From assembly GCF_006345805.1 (NCBI RefSeq), contig NC_043003.1, forward strand, positions 56,978,001 through 57,042,000: a DNA stretch of 64,000 nt, read 5' to 3'. Shown one piece after another: positions 27,441 to 41,574 of the stretch. The first letter of the stretch is position 1. Every line of letters begins with the position of its first letter. The position numbers were made by a program, and so were the translations under genes. This stretch comes from Octopus sinensis (taxonomy: Eukaryota). Under the pieces are notes generated by a model. It worked only from the letters and a program-made list of their open reading frames with translations. It was not told the DNA's origin and searched no databases.

Positions 27441-29245
27441 GCTGGATATTGCTGTATTCGAAACTAGACCTCGAACGTTTCCCGCTTCCCATGGCGTGTA
27501 AGTTACACAGATTTGTACTTTTTCCCTGAACAAGACGCCAATCTCGCCAAGTTACTCATTTACAGCTGAGTGAACCGTGACAGTGATAAATAAAGAGCTT
27601 TGCTGAAGAACACAACAACGCATTTCCCGAGGCCGGGAATCGAAACAACAATTCTGCGATGGTGAGTACAGCAACCGCTTGGTCATACGCTTTCACAATG
27701 TATGTAATAAATAAATGTCAATACCAAGTCACTTCAAGCAATAACGACATGAAAAGAATAAGAGAAATTAGCCATGCAAAGTCAATCCTTACTACGATGA
27801 CCACCACCACAACCACAACAATTGCCACCACCATCAACACTACTAACTCAAACACCACCACCACTACCAGCACTATTACCACCACTAACTGCTATTTCAC
27901 AATGCCTCTGCCATACTCACGCAAACAACGCCTGGTTCCTAATTCTAGAAAAAATCGGTCGCATTAAATATATGTTGTTGTTGTTGTTGTGGATGTTGTC
28001 CAGTCCTCACGAAAGCCTAATCGAACAGGTCGAAGACATCCAGTCGTGACAAACCCATCTTTTATTCAGAGACCTTTATATAAAAATAACAGCCAACAGA
28101 AGTGTCGGTTGGTTGGTTGGCTGGTTGGTTGGTTGGTTGGTGGTTGGTCGGTTGACTGATTAGTCGGTGAGTGGCAGGTTTGTTGGCTGGGTGGTCGATT
28201 GGTCGGTTGGTTGGTCGGTTGGTTGGTTGGTCGGTTGATCGTGGGTCAGTTGGTTGGTCGGTTGGCAGGTTGATCGGTTGGTCATGGGTCGGCTGGTTGG
28301 TTGGTTTGTCGGTTGGTTAGCTGGTTGGCTGGTTAGTCGGTGGGTTTGCTGGTTGGCTGGTTGCTCGGTTGGTCGGTGGGTCGCCTGGTTGGTTGGTTTG
28401 TCGGTTGGTTCGCTGGTTGGTCGGTGGGTCGGCTGGTTGGTTGGTTTGTCGGTTGGTCATGGGTCGGGTGGTTGGTTGGTTTGTCGGTTAGTTGGCTGGT
28501 TTGTCGGTTGGTCGGTGGGTGGGCTGGTTGGTCGGTTGGTCGTGGGTTGGCTGGTTTGTCGGTTTGTTGGCTGGTTGGTTGGTTGGTCGGTGGGTCGGCT
28601 GGTTGGTTGGTTTGTCGGTTGGTTGGCTGGTTGGTTAGTTGGTCGGTTGGTAGTGGGTCCCTGTGTCTGTGGCGTATGTGTTCCTCCCAGCTGGACGGGA
28701 CACCAGTCCATCGCAGCTTTACTCAAGAAACAGGAAGAAAGAGTGAGAGGAAGTTGGAGCGAAAGAGTACAACAGGGATCGCAACCCCCACCCTCCTACT
28801 GCAGTCACGTGGAGGTGTTTTCGCTCAATAAACACACACAACGCCCGGTCTGGGAATCGAAACCGCGATCCTCCGACCGCGAGTCCGCGGCCCTGACCAT
28901 CCGCTAGATATTGCTGTATTCGAAACTAGACCTCGAACGTTTCCTGCTTCCCATGGCGTGTTACACAGATTTGTACTTTTTCCCTGAACAAGACGCCAAT
29001 CTCGCCAAGTTACTCATTTACAGCTGAGTGAACCGTGACAGTGATAAATAAAGAGCTTTGCTGAAGAACACAACAACGCATTTCCCGAGGCCGGGAATCG
29101 AAACAACAATTCTGCGATGGTGAGTACAGCAACCGCTTGGTCATACGCTTTCGCAATGTATGTAATAAATAGACGTTAATACCAGGTCACTTTAAGCAAT
29201 AACGACATGAAAAGAATAAGAGAAATCAGCCATACAAATATCAAT
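27200..29245. repeat. Direct duplication of ~580 bp (27200-27790 and 28665-29245) separated by (ACC)n and (GGTT)n tracts
   Basis: The SINE and its unique flank are nearly identical in both copies. Confidence 0.9.
28085..28655. repeat. Degenerate (GGTT/GGTC/GGCT)n microsatellite
   Basis: Direct reading; it explains the GWLV-rich ORFs. Confidence 0.95.
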
Positions 29246-31384
29246 CCTGTGCTGGGATTTCAATAGTGACTGAATACCTTCTTCGTGCTAGTGAAACTGT
29301 TTATAAAATCACGCTATTACTAACAGCTTAATTTTATCGTAAAGACCGTATCGGTTATATAACAAATTCTTGACAGCTATCGAATAATAAATTAATGGTG
29401 CATAAACAGTGCTTTGTTATTTTTCTATACTATATACTACAAAATATATCTGTAGATTTTACCCGACTTAGTATATAATAGTCATATGTAAATAACTCGT
29501 TTTTATAAACAAAACCCCCATAGTTACAAAAAGTAGGATCAAGTGGACTAGTTTCTCGGAGATAATATATATAAAGACACTGTTTACTATATGTCTGTTC
29601 AATGCATTGTTCGGTAAGAGCTATAGTATACAAAAGTCTATCATAGTATTGGAACAAAGCAGTGTTTTGTACTAGTACTTTTGTATGTAGAATAGTTTTG
29701 GTTTCATTTTAACATTCAACATCTGATTACTAATTCATATGCAAACAAAATTAAAACGTTAATGTCGGCTTGCTATTTTAGTAGCTAGTCCTAGCAAAAC
29801 CGATCAATTCATTATTAAAACTCTAAATCCTTAAATAATGACATATTTACTTGTTAGAAACTAAGAAATATGATATGAAATTATATAATTTTAGCTTAGA
29901 ACTGAAGGGCCAGTGTCTATCAATGTCACATGACGGATTTTAGCAGGAGCGGATAATTAAAAGAAAAATTGAATCCGAGAACAAAGACGACATCAACTTT
30001 TAGCCAGTGATGAAATAATACTGTCATGAAATAAGATGGATAATGCTAAGTCTTGTGAGATAATGAGCTTGTGAGTTGAAAGAAAATTGCAGAAGTTATA
30101 ACATGTGATAATGTGAGTTATAAATATATATACTCAATCATTCCCTTTCTGATCCAATAATTATCCTCAGATACAATTACATACTTCATAGCTACCAAAA
30201 TATCTACCTATTTTCCAGATGAAGCGAAGTTCTTCGTCGCAAAGGGGAGTGCCTTGTTTAGTGAAATAGGGTTAATGGAGGAATAATAAGTAGATATATC
30301 AATTAGGATAAAGTTAGTATACCCTGAATTGTTTTTGTAGAATGTTAGTCGATCAAATAAATATGGGATCGTCTGATAGGCAGAATTTTGGAATAAGCTA
30401 TTCTAGAAAGACAGGCAGACAGAGAGACAATTAGACGGATAGATAGATTGATAGACAAACAGACAGAAATACGGATATATATATAGAGATAGATAGATAG
30501 ATATATAAAAATATAGATATATAGATAGATAGAGATGCAAACATAGATGAATAGATCTTTACATAGGTACATATATGTGTGTGCTTATGTGAATATGTGA
30601 TGTTAGTTAGTTAGGTAGTTAGAAAAAATCACTCTAAAAGAGAAATTGAGGAGTTATACTTTATATTGTCCCTGTAGCATGTTCTTGATTATGCATATAA
30701 CTAGACAGACTGTTACAAATATTTTCACACAAAAAATATTCCCAATGTCAACCCTGGTCGAGAGCGCATAACTATATTTATGCTCCATATGAATATACAG
30801 CGCTGATGTGCTTGATCGTGATAAAAATCGAACAGAAACGAGAAAAGTGATGAAAAGTTATGACATTAACTGAAAGTGAAATAAGGATTTTAGTTGTGCC
30901 TAAGTGCATATTTCCCAGTCTTCATTCGGGAAAACGGGGAGGCTACGTTGACAGTATGAATTTCCTATTATGAGAGTAGCGACTAAAAATCTCGCCATTT
31001 GGTTTCAGGAAGACACCCAGATACTGTGATTCAAAAGCGAAATTTTTAGTTACTTTCCTTACGATAGAAGAATTCGTTTTGGCAACGTGCTTTTCTCTTT
31101 TCTGAATTTACGTTCTTGAATGTGCGCGCGCGTTTGTGCATATGCCTTTCTCTATCCGTTTGTCCGTCATAATTTGTGCTCTGGTACCAGATAATTTATA
31201 TTTGTTATTAGTGTTGTGAAAACAAGAGAAAGCGAATGGGTAACATCCTTCAAATATGTGCTGGGATTGATTTGGCTGACTAAAACTTCCAAAGGTGATT
31301 CTCCAGAATAGTTTTAGTCAAATGGTTGAACAAGTAAATAAGTAAATAAATGAATAAATAAAAGATTAAAAGAATGTGTGCTTG

Positions 31385-31915
31385 TATGTACGCACGTACA
31401 ATGTATGTATGTGTGTACATATATATGTAGGTATGTATGTACATATGAGTGTACGTATGTATGTATGTATGTATGTATGTATGTATGTATGTATGTATGT
31501 ATGTATGTATGTATATACATATATATGTAGGTATGTATGTACATATGAGTGTACGTATGTATGTATGTATGTATGTATGTATGTATGTATGTACATATAT
31601 ATGTAGGTATGTATGTACATATGAGTGTACGTATGTATGTATGTATGTATGTATGTATGTATGTATGTATGTATGTATGTATGTATGTATGTATGTATGT
31701 ACATATATATGTAGGTATGTATGTACATATGAGTGTACGTATGTATGTATGTATTATGTATGTATGTATGATGTATGTATGTATGTATGTATGTATGTAT
31801 GTATGTACATATATATGTAGTATGTATGTATGTATGTACATATGAGTGTACGTATGTATGTATGTATGTATGTATGTATGTATGTATGTATGTATGTATG
31901 TATGTATGTATGTAT
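31385..31915. repeat. (TATG)n tract with recurring higher-order interruptions
   Basis: ACATATATATGTAGGTATGTATGTACATATGAGTGTACG recurs several times between TATG runs. Confidence 0.9.
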
Positions 31916-32480
31916 GAGAAGTCAAATTTCTAGTTGCCATTTTATTGGCAATTGATTGAAAGTTCAATTATATATTTTCATTTTGCATTATTATCAAAAT
32001 GCACATATAATACTGGGAATAGATATTTTCGTCTAGACTAATTTTAAAAAATATATTAACCGTTAATGTATAACCGTGTGTGCGATTTTGTGTTTCTGCG
32101 TGTGAATTTGAGTGTGTATTTGTGTATGTATATATATATATGTGTGTGTGTGTGTGTACGTGTGCGTGTGTGCGTGTATATATATGTATATATGCATGTG
32201 TATATAAAAATTTATTTATAGATTCATGTGTATCTATGTATATATATATATATGTATGTGTGTGGTGTGTGTGTGTGTGTGTGTGTGGTGTCTGTATGTG
32301 TATATATATATACATACACATATGTATGTATCTCAATCTGCGTATATAAATTTTATACACACTTATAGATGCATATCTATCTATCTATCTATATATATAT
32401 ATACATGTATATATATGCATATATATATATATATATATATAATATATATATATATATTTGCATGTATATATATATGCGTA

Positions 32481-32591
<111 letters not shown>

Positions 32592-33474
32592 CAGAGCTTA
32601 TACCGATCGATGGCATTGAGAGCTAATATCATTGTGTAATCACCTCTCAAATGTGACCAACGTAACTGAAAAACACTCGATAATTCAGTAAATATTGATT
32701 CTTGTATTACAGTACTGGATATCAAAAATATTTAATTATTTTACTGCATGCAACAGTATGGAACATGTCAAAATTGATAAATATTTTTCTATGTTATTAA
32801 GCACTGTTAACGAAGTGAAAATATATGAAGAGTTAACTGTAGTCAGATTCATATCAGAGGTGACCAGGAGTCGAAGTTGAGGTTTAGGCTCAGGTCAGCT
32901 CCGACTGAACAAAACTATGATAAAAGGCCCCTCTTGTCGTAACTTAATCGTCTTTGTCTCTTTCAGACGTAATGTCTAACTTTTTATATAATATTTCATT
33001 ATGCTTTTGAGATGTTACAATGTGATTTGCGAAAAAGTCGGTTACTTTCTTTAGCATGTAAATCAATGACAGAGAATCTATTTCGTTGGCAAATGTATAA
33101 GTATTTGATACAATATGATAAATGGTGATTACAATATTTTCATGTGAATATAAGATGGTATATATGGTAAATCAGAAGACAAAAGCTACTCAAATATATA
33201 TAAGAATGACGCTTTTTTTCCGACATTTTTAAAGTAGCCTCCACTTTTACCTACTCCAATTGTATATGAAGACATGCAGCCTAGTGTTATGGTGTTGCAC
33301 TCAAGAACGCTATATCGTGGATTCGACTCTAGGACCGTGTGTTGTGCTCTTGAGCAATTCACTCCACTTCACGTTGCTCTGAAGATGGGAGAGTGGAAGA
33401 ACTGTTAGTACGTCAGCAGAAATGTTTTACAGTATATCTTCCGGCTCCCTATGTTCTGAGTTCAAATCCCACCT

Positions 33475-33670
33475 GCCTGGAGAAGGCAACAGGCAGCCAC
33501 TTTAGTATTCTTCCCAAGCGTAATCATTGTAGTTGATGTTTGAATAATCGACATAATGACGGCAGTGGAGAGTATGGGTCCTCCCAGGTCGTATGGAGTA
33601 CCGGATATGGTTCTCAAATGCACAGGACCTACCAGAGAGGAGACCTCCGCTGGACTGCTCTAGATCTTCC
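33475..33670 (+). mobile_element. RTE-clade LINE 5' region fragment (BovB-like motifs)
   Basis: CCTGGAGAAGGCAACAGGCAGCCACTTTAGTATTCTT and CCTCCCAGGTCG...ATATG resemble conserved RTE 5' motifs. Confidence 0.5.
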
Positions 33671-33789
33671 ACACATCTTTCATTTCTATGATTTTGTGTG
33701 TGTTTGTAATCATGTGTGTGCACGAGCTCTTGCGTGTCGGTAAGTGTGTCTGTGTTTTTCTTATGCTAGTGCTCCAGCTTATTTTACAT

Positions 33790-34420
33790 ATCAAGACAAA
33801 CGTCTACTCTGGGACATTACCTTTCGTATTGAAAATTTTGTTATCTGAGTAGTTTCTATCTTGTCCAGGCATCCTTCTTTTTCTGAACGATTTACTTTAT
33901 ACATTTTTTGTCCAAGTGTCGAATTCACAAAATGAGGAAAGCTGTTCCACTTCAATTGCAACCTATACCAAAATGTTTTGCTTGGGTGAATATACCTAGA
34001 TACCTTTTAATCCTCTCAGATAAAACTTAGGTGACTTTATGTATGCTTTAGGGAGATAATCATATAGATCTGTGCTTTAACATACAGCAATCTTCATGTA
34101 TATTTTTTGCAAATGCCGCCCACATAGTTCCTAAACTCTACACACGAAATTTATATCTTGCCAATATCGTCTGCTTAAAAACATCAGAAGCAGAATATAC
34201 ATTGGAAGAAACAAATCATTGTACCCACTCTTAGACTGTAGAAATATGTATTTAATACCCACCCACAGTGTCGATCCAAATATCAGGACTTGACATCACT
34301 CCATCACTGAGAATGTCTCCAAGTGAACATGTGTTCAACAAGGAATGATCATCCCCTTCAATTTATACTAATACTGTATATATAACAGATTGCTGTTCCC
34401 ACAAATGACATAGTTCTATC
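33790..34420 (-). mobile_element. Degenerate L1/Tx1-like RT fragment
   Basis: The minus frame shows YLGIF...KKKDAWTRxKLL...RVDVC, a decayed post-RT motif. Confidence 0.35.
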
Positions 34421-35262
34421 GCTATACATATAGACGTTTATTGCCAAAATCCCCTAAAAGTTCACTCGACTTATACGCATTCAAGTACATTACAAACGTG
34501 TTTTACAATGATTCATCTTTGTCTCTCTGTCTTTGTCTTTGTTTCTCTGTCACTCTGTCTGTCTTTCTTTCTCTTTCTCTCTCTCTCTCTCTCTCTTTCT
34601 TCTCTTTCTCTCAAACCCTTTCTGTCTTTCATACATACCTCCTTAAGCTTTCTCATTTCTGAAGCTACTATAGTGACCTCTGGATATCAGAGCTAGCAAG
34701 CTAAATGTTACCTCTGTTTTAGCACCCACATCTAATACTGCCTACTTCTCATGACCAAAAATGTGTCAACTCTCCAGCCTATTCAACCCTACCTTCTCTG
34801 GATTCGATAATCGGTAATTTACACATGCAGATATATTTTCTGATGTTATCAACATGCAACTGTAAATTCACTGATTTCGCCTGACATGGAAAAATAAAGG
34901 TTTTGTTTACAATTTGTGTCAATCTATCATTTTTCTTTGTTACATTCTCTTCCGTTTGTTTAACAAACTTGACTAACGATTAACAAAAATCATCAACATA
35001 ATGATTGAATGATTCCCAAATTATCATTCATAATTTGGAAAGATAGAAACCAAGGTCCTATTTTATCAAAAGCTAGGTTGTGCATTTATTTAATGGTCTT
35101 ATACAGTTAAGATGGATTTTTTTATGTTCGCCACCCGCATTTTTGCCAGTAAGTATATATACAGTGAAGCTTTACTATAGCATCGTATATTGTCGACTGC
35201 TATTTCCAGTAAATATTGGTGCATTGTTGTAACATTAGCTTACATATATATATATATATATT

Positions 35263-35391
35263 TTTATTATATAGAAGGAGCTTCTACAGGACTAGAACTG
35301 TTTCATTCAAGAGAAATCATCAGGAACTTCCTGATGATTTCTCTTGAATGAAACAGTTCTAGTCCTGTAGAAGCTCCTTCTATATAATAAA
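35263..35391. repeat. Perfect palindrome (64-bp arms, 1-nt centre) of a Penelope-type pseudo-LTR end
   Basis: Arms 35263-35326 and 35328-35391 are exact reverse complements. Confidence 0.9.
35327..35373 (+). ncRNA. Type I hammerhead ribozyme motif
   Basis: CTTC-CTGATGA-TTTCTCTTGAAT-GAAAC-AG TTCTAGTC CT-GTA^GAAG. Stem I is CTTC/GAAG, stem III is ACAG/CTGT, the site is GUA, and stem II is short. Confidence 0.65.
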
Positions 35392-38300
35392 TTAATTTTA
35401 CTCTGCTATGTATTGAGTACCTTATTTACTGTGGTTAACCCCGAATCAACCCGGGACCTATATATATATATATATATATATATCGAGAGAGAGAGACAGA
35501 TACGATGCCAATAATTGACGTGCTGACTTTTTATTGTTTTTTTTCTTTCTAATGGTACTTTGATCCTGCATATGTATCTTCGAATGTTTCTAGCCTCGTG
35601 CCTGACATGTAAGAATCGCTAGAGAATCGTAAAATTTACTCTGATATTTCTTCCAGCTTTTTTTATATTCTGATTCCTGCTGTGTACAAATTGGTGTTTC
35701 ATCTTGTGATGTTAATTAAATACAGACCAGTCAACAGTGACCAATGGTATCTACTAGATAATCATGGGCCATGCTTCTAAATTGGAACCTATTATTATTT
35801 TTATAATCGTTGTTGTTCTTCGCGGTTATGCTGGTGATGATTGTAGAAGTGGTGGCGGCGATGCTGAACTTGTAACTTTACAAGAAACACAGTCTCTTAA
35901 TTCTAACAGGATGAAAATCATTTTTTATTACTTTTGAAACAAAAGGATTTTTGTAAAGTAAAATTGCGATTAACAAAAAGATCTGAATATTAGCTATATT
36001 TTTTGACGTAGGCTTACATGAAATTCATTAGGGCGTCCTGCCCTGAGGCTGTGAGAAAATTCCTCACAAAAACTGACATTGAATTTAAGCACACTTTGAA
36101 TTTAAACAAACAGAATAGAAAACTAATCGAAACAATCTCAAACGCGTATATTTGTACACTTTGTTAAATAAATGTAAGCAAATAAACGCATTAACATTAA
36201 CAGTAACAATATATTTGACAGCGTTACCATCCAAAAAGATACGTTAGAAATTTACCGGTGGGGTGATATAAAACAATGGAGCAAGGATATGTCACTAAAA
36301 GTATGTGCTTGCATTCCTACGCTATCTATACAGGAATTGCCAAAGAAAAAGAAAAGTTATAACTGCTCTCTCGTGGAAGAAGTTAGTGGTTTTTATTGCC
36401 TTCAAATTCATGAATATATAAAATAAATGGCAGGTTATCAGGGACCATGTTTCCTGGCTATAATTATGCCATGTAGGGCATATGAGAGTATAGGTCTGGT
36501 GTAAAAAAAAGCTTGGACGGAACTATTAGCTGCTGTGCCACAGATCTGCCCATTAGCTAATAACGCAATGTATAAGAAAACAAGTAAGAACGGTTGAGAT
36601 GAAGAACATTGGTAGCGAAATAGATCGATGGCATATTTTTCACCTTCTGCTTTTTCTGCATTTGGTTTGACTGGTCTTGATCGTGGTGTTTTTCCTCCTG
36701 CTGTCCATCATCCTTTCCAGATGTAGCCAACATTTTTTCTTTCATTTTTTTTTTGTTCTTGGGGCTACATTCATTTGTACTCATCCTTGATAAATTGGTT
36801 ATCGTTAACAGGCAGACTGTCTATTTTATTCGATGAATCTTTGTAGCTTTTATAAAAGCAATGGAATTTTTAATAGACTTTTAGAGAGGATTTCTTGTTT
36901 CAGGCATTTGTTGGTTTTGAAGTACAATTTTATTTTCTTGTTACATTTCTATAGCATTTGCCAAATTTTGTTCTTAAGTTCATTGATAAGTGAGATAGAT
37001 TTATTGATATTTTATGTATTTTTCCTCATTAATATTATAATTATAATTATTAATATTATTACTATAGTAATTCATTTATTTTCGGGTCATTTCACACTGA
37101 TTTACTTGAAATAAATTGAATGCCATACTGCAAATAATAACCACAATTATTTTCACTTCTGGCTTTCCATTATCAGCACATAGACTTCATGGGTTTCCCT
37201 AAAAATGGAGAAGTCACTGCAAATGTGAGGTGTCAAGTATCTTAACAAAACAAAATCAATAAGTTGATATTATAAATCTTTCATAAGACCAGTGGAAATG
37301 GAGTGAATTGTTTCCGGTATTTAGTCCCGCTCATCACACTTGTGAATTCAATATATATCGATCTGGACATTAATTTTCATTTACGTGGTTGGAAACATAA
37401 ATACACTTAATATACTAAGATCGATATGGTTATATGCGTAAAATAGAAATCGATATACTGAGATCGATTCGGTCAAATATATTCTCTTTCTAGAAAAGAA
37501 AGGCAATTTTTTCTAATTAAAAAAGAAACATTAAGAGAAATTTACCAATTATCTTTGAATCAGAGGAGTGTATAACCTTAGATTTTTAAAATAACTCTCA
37601 CTTAGAAAACGAACATGAAGAGGAGTGACTGAAAGTCAACGGCATTGAATTTTACGGTATCACCATTCATTGATGTAAATATTTTCCGCTAACATTACAA
37701 AAATAAAAAAAAATGATCAGTAATTTACGCAAAAAATTTACTACATGAAGCAGTGAACCATCAGTTCAATACATGTTTGAAAACATAGACGTTGAGTTGT
37801 GGCCTTCATACCATTGAACAATCTATGAAGACTGCGTATTCATATTTCCATTTCTCTAAAATCCGATAATGTGTGACCATTGTATAAGGTCACTCTGAAA
37901 TCCATGAGGAGTGACTCTGCTATAGTCAGAAAGTATGTTTAGTATTTACCTCAATGTTAGTTAAAAGTAAACAATGAAATTTACCCCTTGTAGGTGTAAC
38001 TGTATGGGAATTTGAAAACAAGAAAATACACCAAAGGCGACGAATTAACAGAGTCATTACAGATTTGTATGACATTCCTTGCAGTATTGGTCGTGACTCT
38101 CTGAGCTCATAATATCAAATAACTATGATATCAAACTTGCCTTTCATTCTTTCGCGGTCGATAATAGAATATATCCAGTTTATGGCGATGGGTTAGCGAA
38201 ATTGTTAGAGCAGTGCACATGAAGCCTAGCGGTATCTGTTCCACCTCTACGCTATCTGACTTCAAATCCCACTCAGTCGCTTAAAGACGCTGACTGATAC

Positions 38301-38499
38301 AGTTTCTGTACATGAATAAACCACAGGAAACGTAGCATCATGTAACAAGCATGAGTAATTAATAATAAAAGGCACAAACTTCACATCTTCTATGTGCCTC
38401 TGTCTAGAAATGATTACAAATACATAAACTTTGATTTACACAACACAGTTGGTATATGTTAATATTTAAAAGTGGTTGTGCATGTTCCCTGTGTGCCGC

Positions 38500-38970
38500 A
38501 GTCGAAAATGGGTTAAACGGATTGCGACCAATCCCATCTTGGTCATTCTGAATTGTATACACTAAATCACGGTGTTCCAGTGATGTTATATCATCAGTTT
38601 CTTGTGCAACATTTTAGTGCAGTTTTGAAATCTGGCGGATTATCTCATATTTCTACGTGTTTCAATTCTCTCAGCATCAACGCTGTTCGCACCTTTCCAA
38701 CTTTGTAGATCTCAACAATTGATGTTATAAGCAGCTGAAGAGACACTTTGATCCGATATAGCGCTGAACTGTTAAACTTCTGCTCAATTATCTCCACTTT
38801 CCACACTCCATGAGCAGGCACCAAACAATTCGGGAATATAGGTCAAACTGCAAGTACCAGATCTTGTATTTGCTCGGTTTGTGCCATTATCTTATCAAGC
38901 ACCGATTTAGCATACAATCGACCTAAGCTTTTCACACGTTTCACTTTAACCGATGGAATGGTCTCTCATA
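38500..38970 (-). mobile_element. HERO/NeSL-like (RLE-type) non-LTR retrotransposon fragment
   Basis: Minus frames give VKSLGRLY, IVEIYKVGKVRTALMLRE and PPDFKT, resembling KSLGRWY...EEFKVGK...MMLRDS...RTGRKW post-RT motifs. Confidence 0.55.
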
Positions 38971-39043
38971 ATAATTTGAATTGCTGTCGCTTGTACGGCC
39001 TTTGACAAATGTCATCAAATGTCAGACTGCGCGTGTATGCATG

Positions 39044-39123
<80 letters not shown>

Positions 39124-39159
39124 TATGTTTGTATACATCGATATATACATACATCTTAT

Positions 39160-40280
39160 TGATAACTGCATTGTTTCTTTTGTGGTAAACTGAGAACTGA
39201 ATGTGCAGAGATTTCAAACGTAACAAGTAGTGACTTCTCTTGAAAATTGACAAAAGTTCAACCCTCCATAAATAGGATTTGGCTTCCAAATACATTCGTG
39301 CTAACATTGTTGTTAAATCAGGAGTTGATGCTCCAGCTTTATGAAAGCTGAAAAAGTAGGCAGTGGAATTTAGGTGGGAAAAAGAGAGTTTTATAGACGA
39401 CCCAAAATCTGGACGTTCTGCAACTGCCACCATCGAAGAAAATATCAATCATATTAACCACATGCTGATGGATGACAGGCGATTGATTATAGTCTAAATA
39501 AGTAATGCTATTAGGATATATTTCCTGAGAGAATTGAGAATATTCTGCATAATGACTGTGGCATGACAAATGTTTTTACTCGGTGAGTACCTCGTTCTTC
39601 TGACATCTGATAAAAATTACACCAGGCTGATTATATGACTGTCAAATCTGACATTATTTGAGGTAGATGCACTGGTTTTCTTGAGCCTCTCCTAAACAAG
39701 GACGAGTCATGGGTTCATTATTTTAAGCCAGAGACAAGGAGACAATCTTTCTTCCTCATCTAGACCAAAGAAGGCAAAAGTCATTTGATCTGCGGGTAAG
39801 TTGATGGTCTTAGATTTTAGGAATGCAAATGGCAGTGTTTGTTGGCTATCTTCAAAAGAGCCACACCATCAATGGAGAGTTCTATGCCAACTTGCTGAGA
39901 TAGTTGTAAATAGCTAACAATACTAATCGTCCAGGGAATCTGACTAAAGGAGTCTCGTTTCATCAGGACAATGCCCCAGCACACATGTCCTTGGTTTCAA
40001 TTCCTGCTGTGGGTGATTTTGACTTTGAACTTGATAAGCAACTGCTCCCCAACATTGAAAAACGCTCTTTTGGGAACCAGTATCGCAGTGATGTTCAACA
40101 TATCTGCTGTTGATGACTTGTTTTACCGGCAGGATGGAAGCTTTTTCACTAATGACATTCAAGCAATACAACAGAGATGGAAGAAGTGCGTGGACCGCAT
40201 GGATGTCTATGCTACCAAATAAAAACGTTATATCGTTTGTATTTCATGGGAGTATCTTGGTCAGCCTATGGAATTTTGTG
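39160..40280 (+). mobile_element. Mariner transposase pseudogene
   Basis: Motifs DDPKSGRSATA, DDRRL, DESWVHYFKPETRRQS, SAGKLMV, TINGEFYANLL, FHQDNAPAH and QQRWKKCVD occur across frameshifts. Confidence 0.9.
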
Positions 40281-41543
40281 TGTGTATAGTAACATAAAAA
40301 TAAATATATAAATACATACCTGCATACATGAACACGCCTATATATTTATATATGTGTGTATATACACAATTTTAAATTTCCCTAGCAAACATTTTGCTCT
40401 ATAATCGGGCAGTGAAACTCTTCCAGTTATCTTGTTATTGAGGCAGATTCATATTATTTTCTATTCTAGGCACAAGGCCCATATTTCTTTTTGGGAGGAG
40501 GTCGGAATTTAAACTCAGAACGTAAAGAACTCTGCGGAATTTGAACACAGAACATAAAGACAGACGAAATATCGCTAAGCATTTCACCCGGCACGCCGCC
40601 TGAAGACAGTTTCATATTGCATATAAATGCACTCAATAGTCGCAGTTCCCTCCCATTTGTGTTAAATTATATTTCTAATTATATTCTCGAAGTTTTTCCC
40701 TGACGCATACCTGTGATCTCGATAATTTAAAATTATTAAGCAATGTTTGTTTTAAGTTAAATCCCACTTCTATGTTAAATGTGTAATGTGTTTTCATGTT
40801 ATACTTTTGATTTCATCATGTTCTGTGACAGCCAAACAGTTAAAACAAATCTAAAAAACACATATATACAGAGGAATATAATGTGCATAACTTAGTACAC
40901 GCATTATTGGGAAACGGACACTTTCATGGTTTATATTCCAAAGTTATAAAAATAATTGGAATCGAAATTTTCGGTTTTGATTTTATATTATGGCAGTACA
41001 CACACACAGATACTTATACACACGCACTCTCAAACTAACACACATGCATACACTCTTACACCTACTCTTTCTCTTTAACTATCTCTCTCTCTCGCATGTA
41101 AGCTCTCTCTCTCTATCTTTTAATCCCTCTCTCACAAAATTTTACTGTTTTTCACACCCTCCCTCTCAAACACAGAACCTATTCCTCTGTCACATTCCCT
41201 CACTCTGTCTCTCTGTCTGCCACTCTCTCTCTCTCACATACACTCACACAATTAACTTTATTTGGTGTGTAATGAAAGGAATGAGTAAATGCTTAGATAT
41301 AAAAATTTAAAAAAATATTTTATTTTAATTTAATTTAAGGTAATTATTTATATATTTATAATTTTATTTATTTATTTATTGAAATTTAGTATTCATTTTA
41401 TCGTGCAGTATAAGCAAAGATAATTTCACAAAAGTCAAATGAAAATCGTTTGATGTATTCTCTAACTTCTGATATTGCTCATATTGACAAGAGTGTACAC
41501 TGCCAAAGTTACTCTTCATGTGACGGGTAATAATCTTTTATGC

Positions 41544-41574
<31 letters not shown>

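Noticed and set aside
28254-28907. 217-aa GWLV-rich ORF
   Set aside because: It is a (GGTT)n microsatellite running into an antisense SINE.
36557-37114. ORFs 36557-36784 and 36833-37114 as gene or piggyBac transposase
   Set aside because: Low-complexity, biased composition with no diagnostic motif or TIR pair confirmed.
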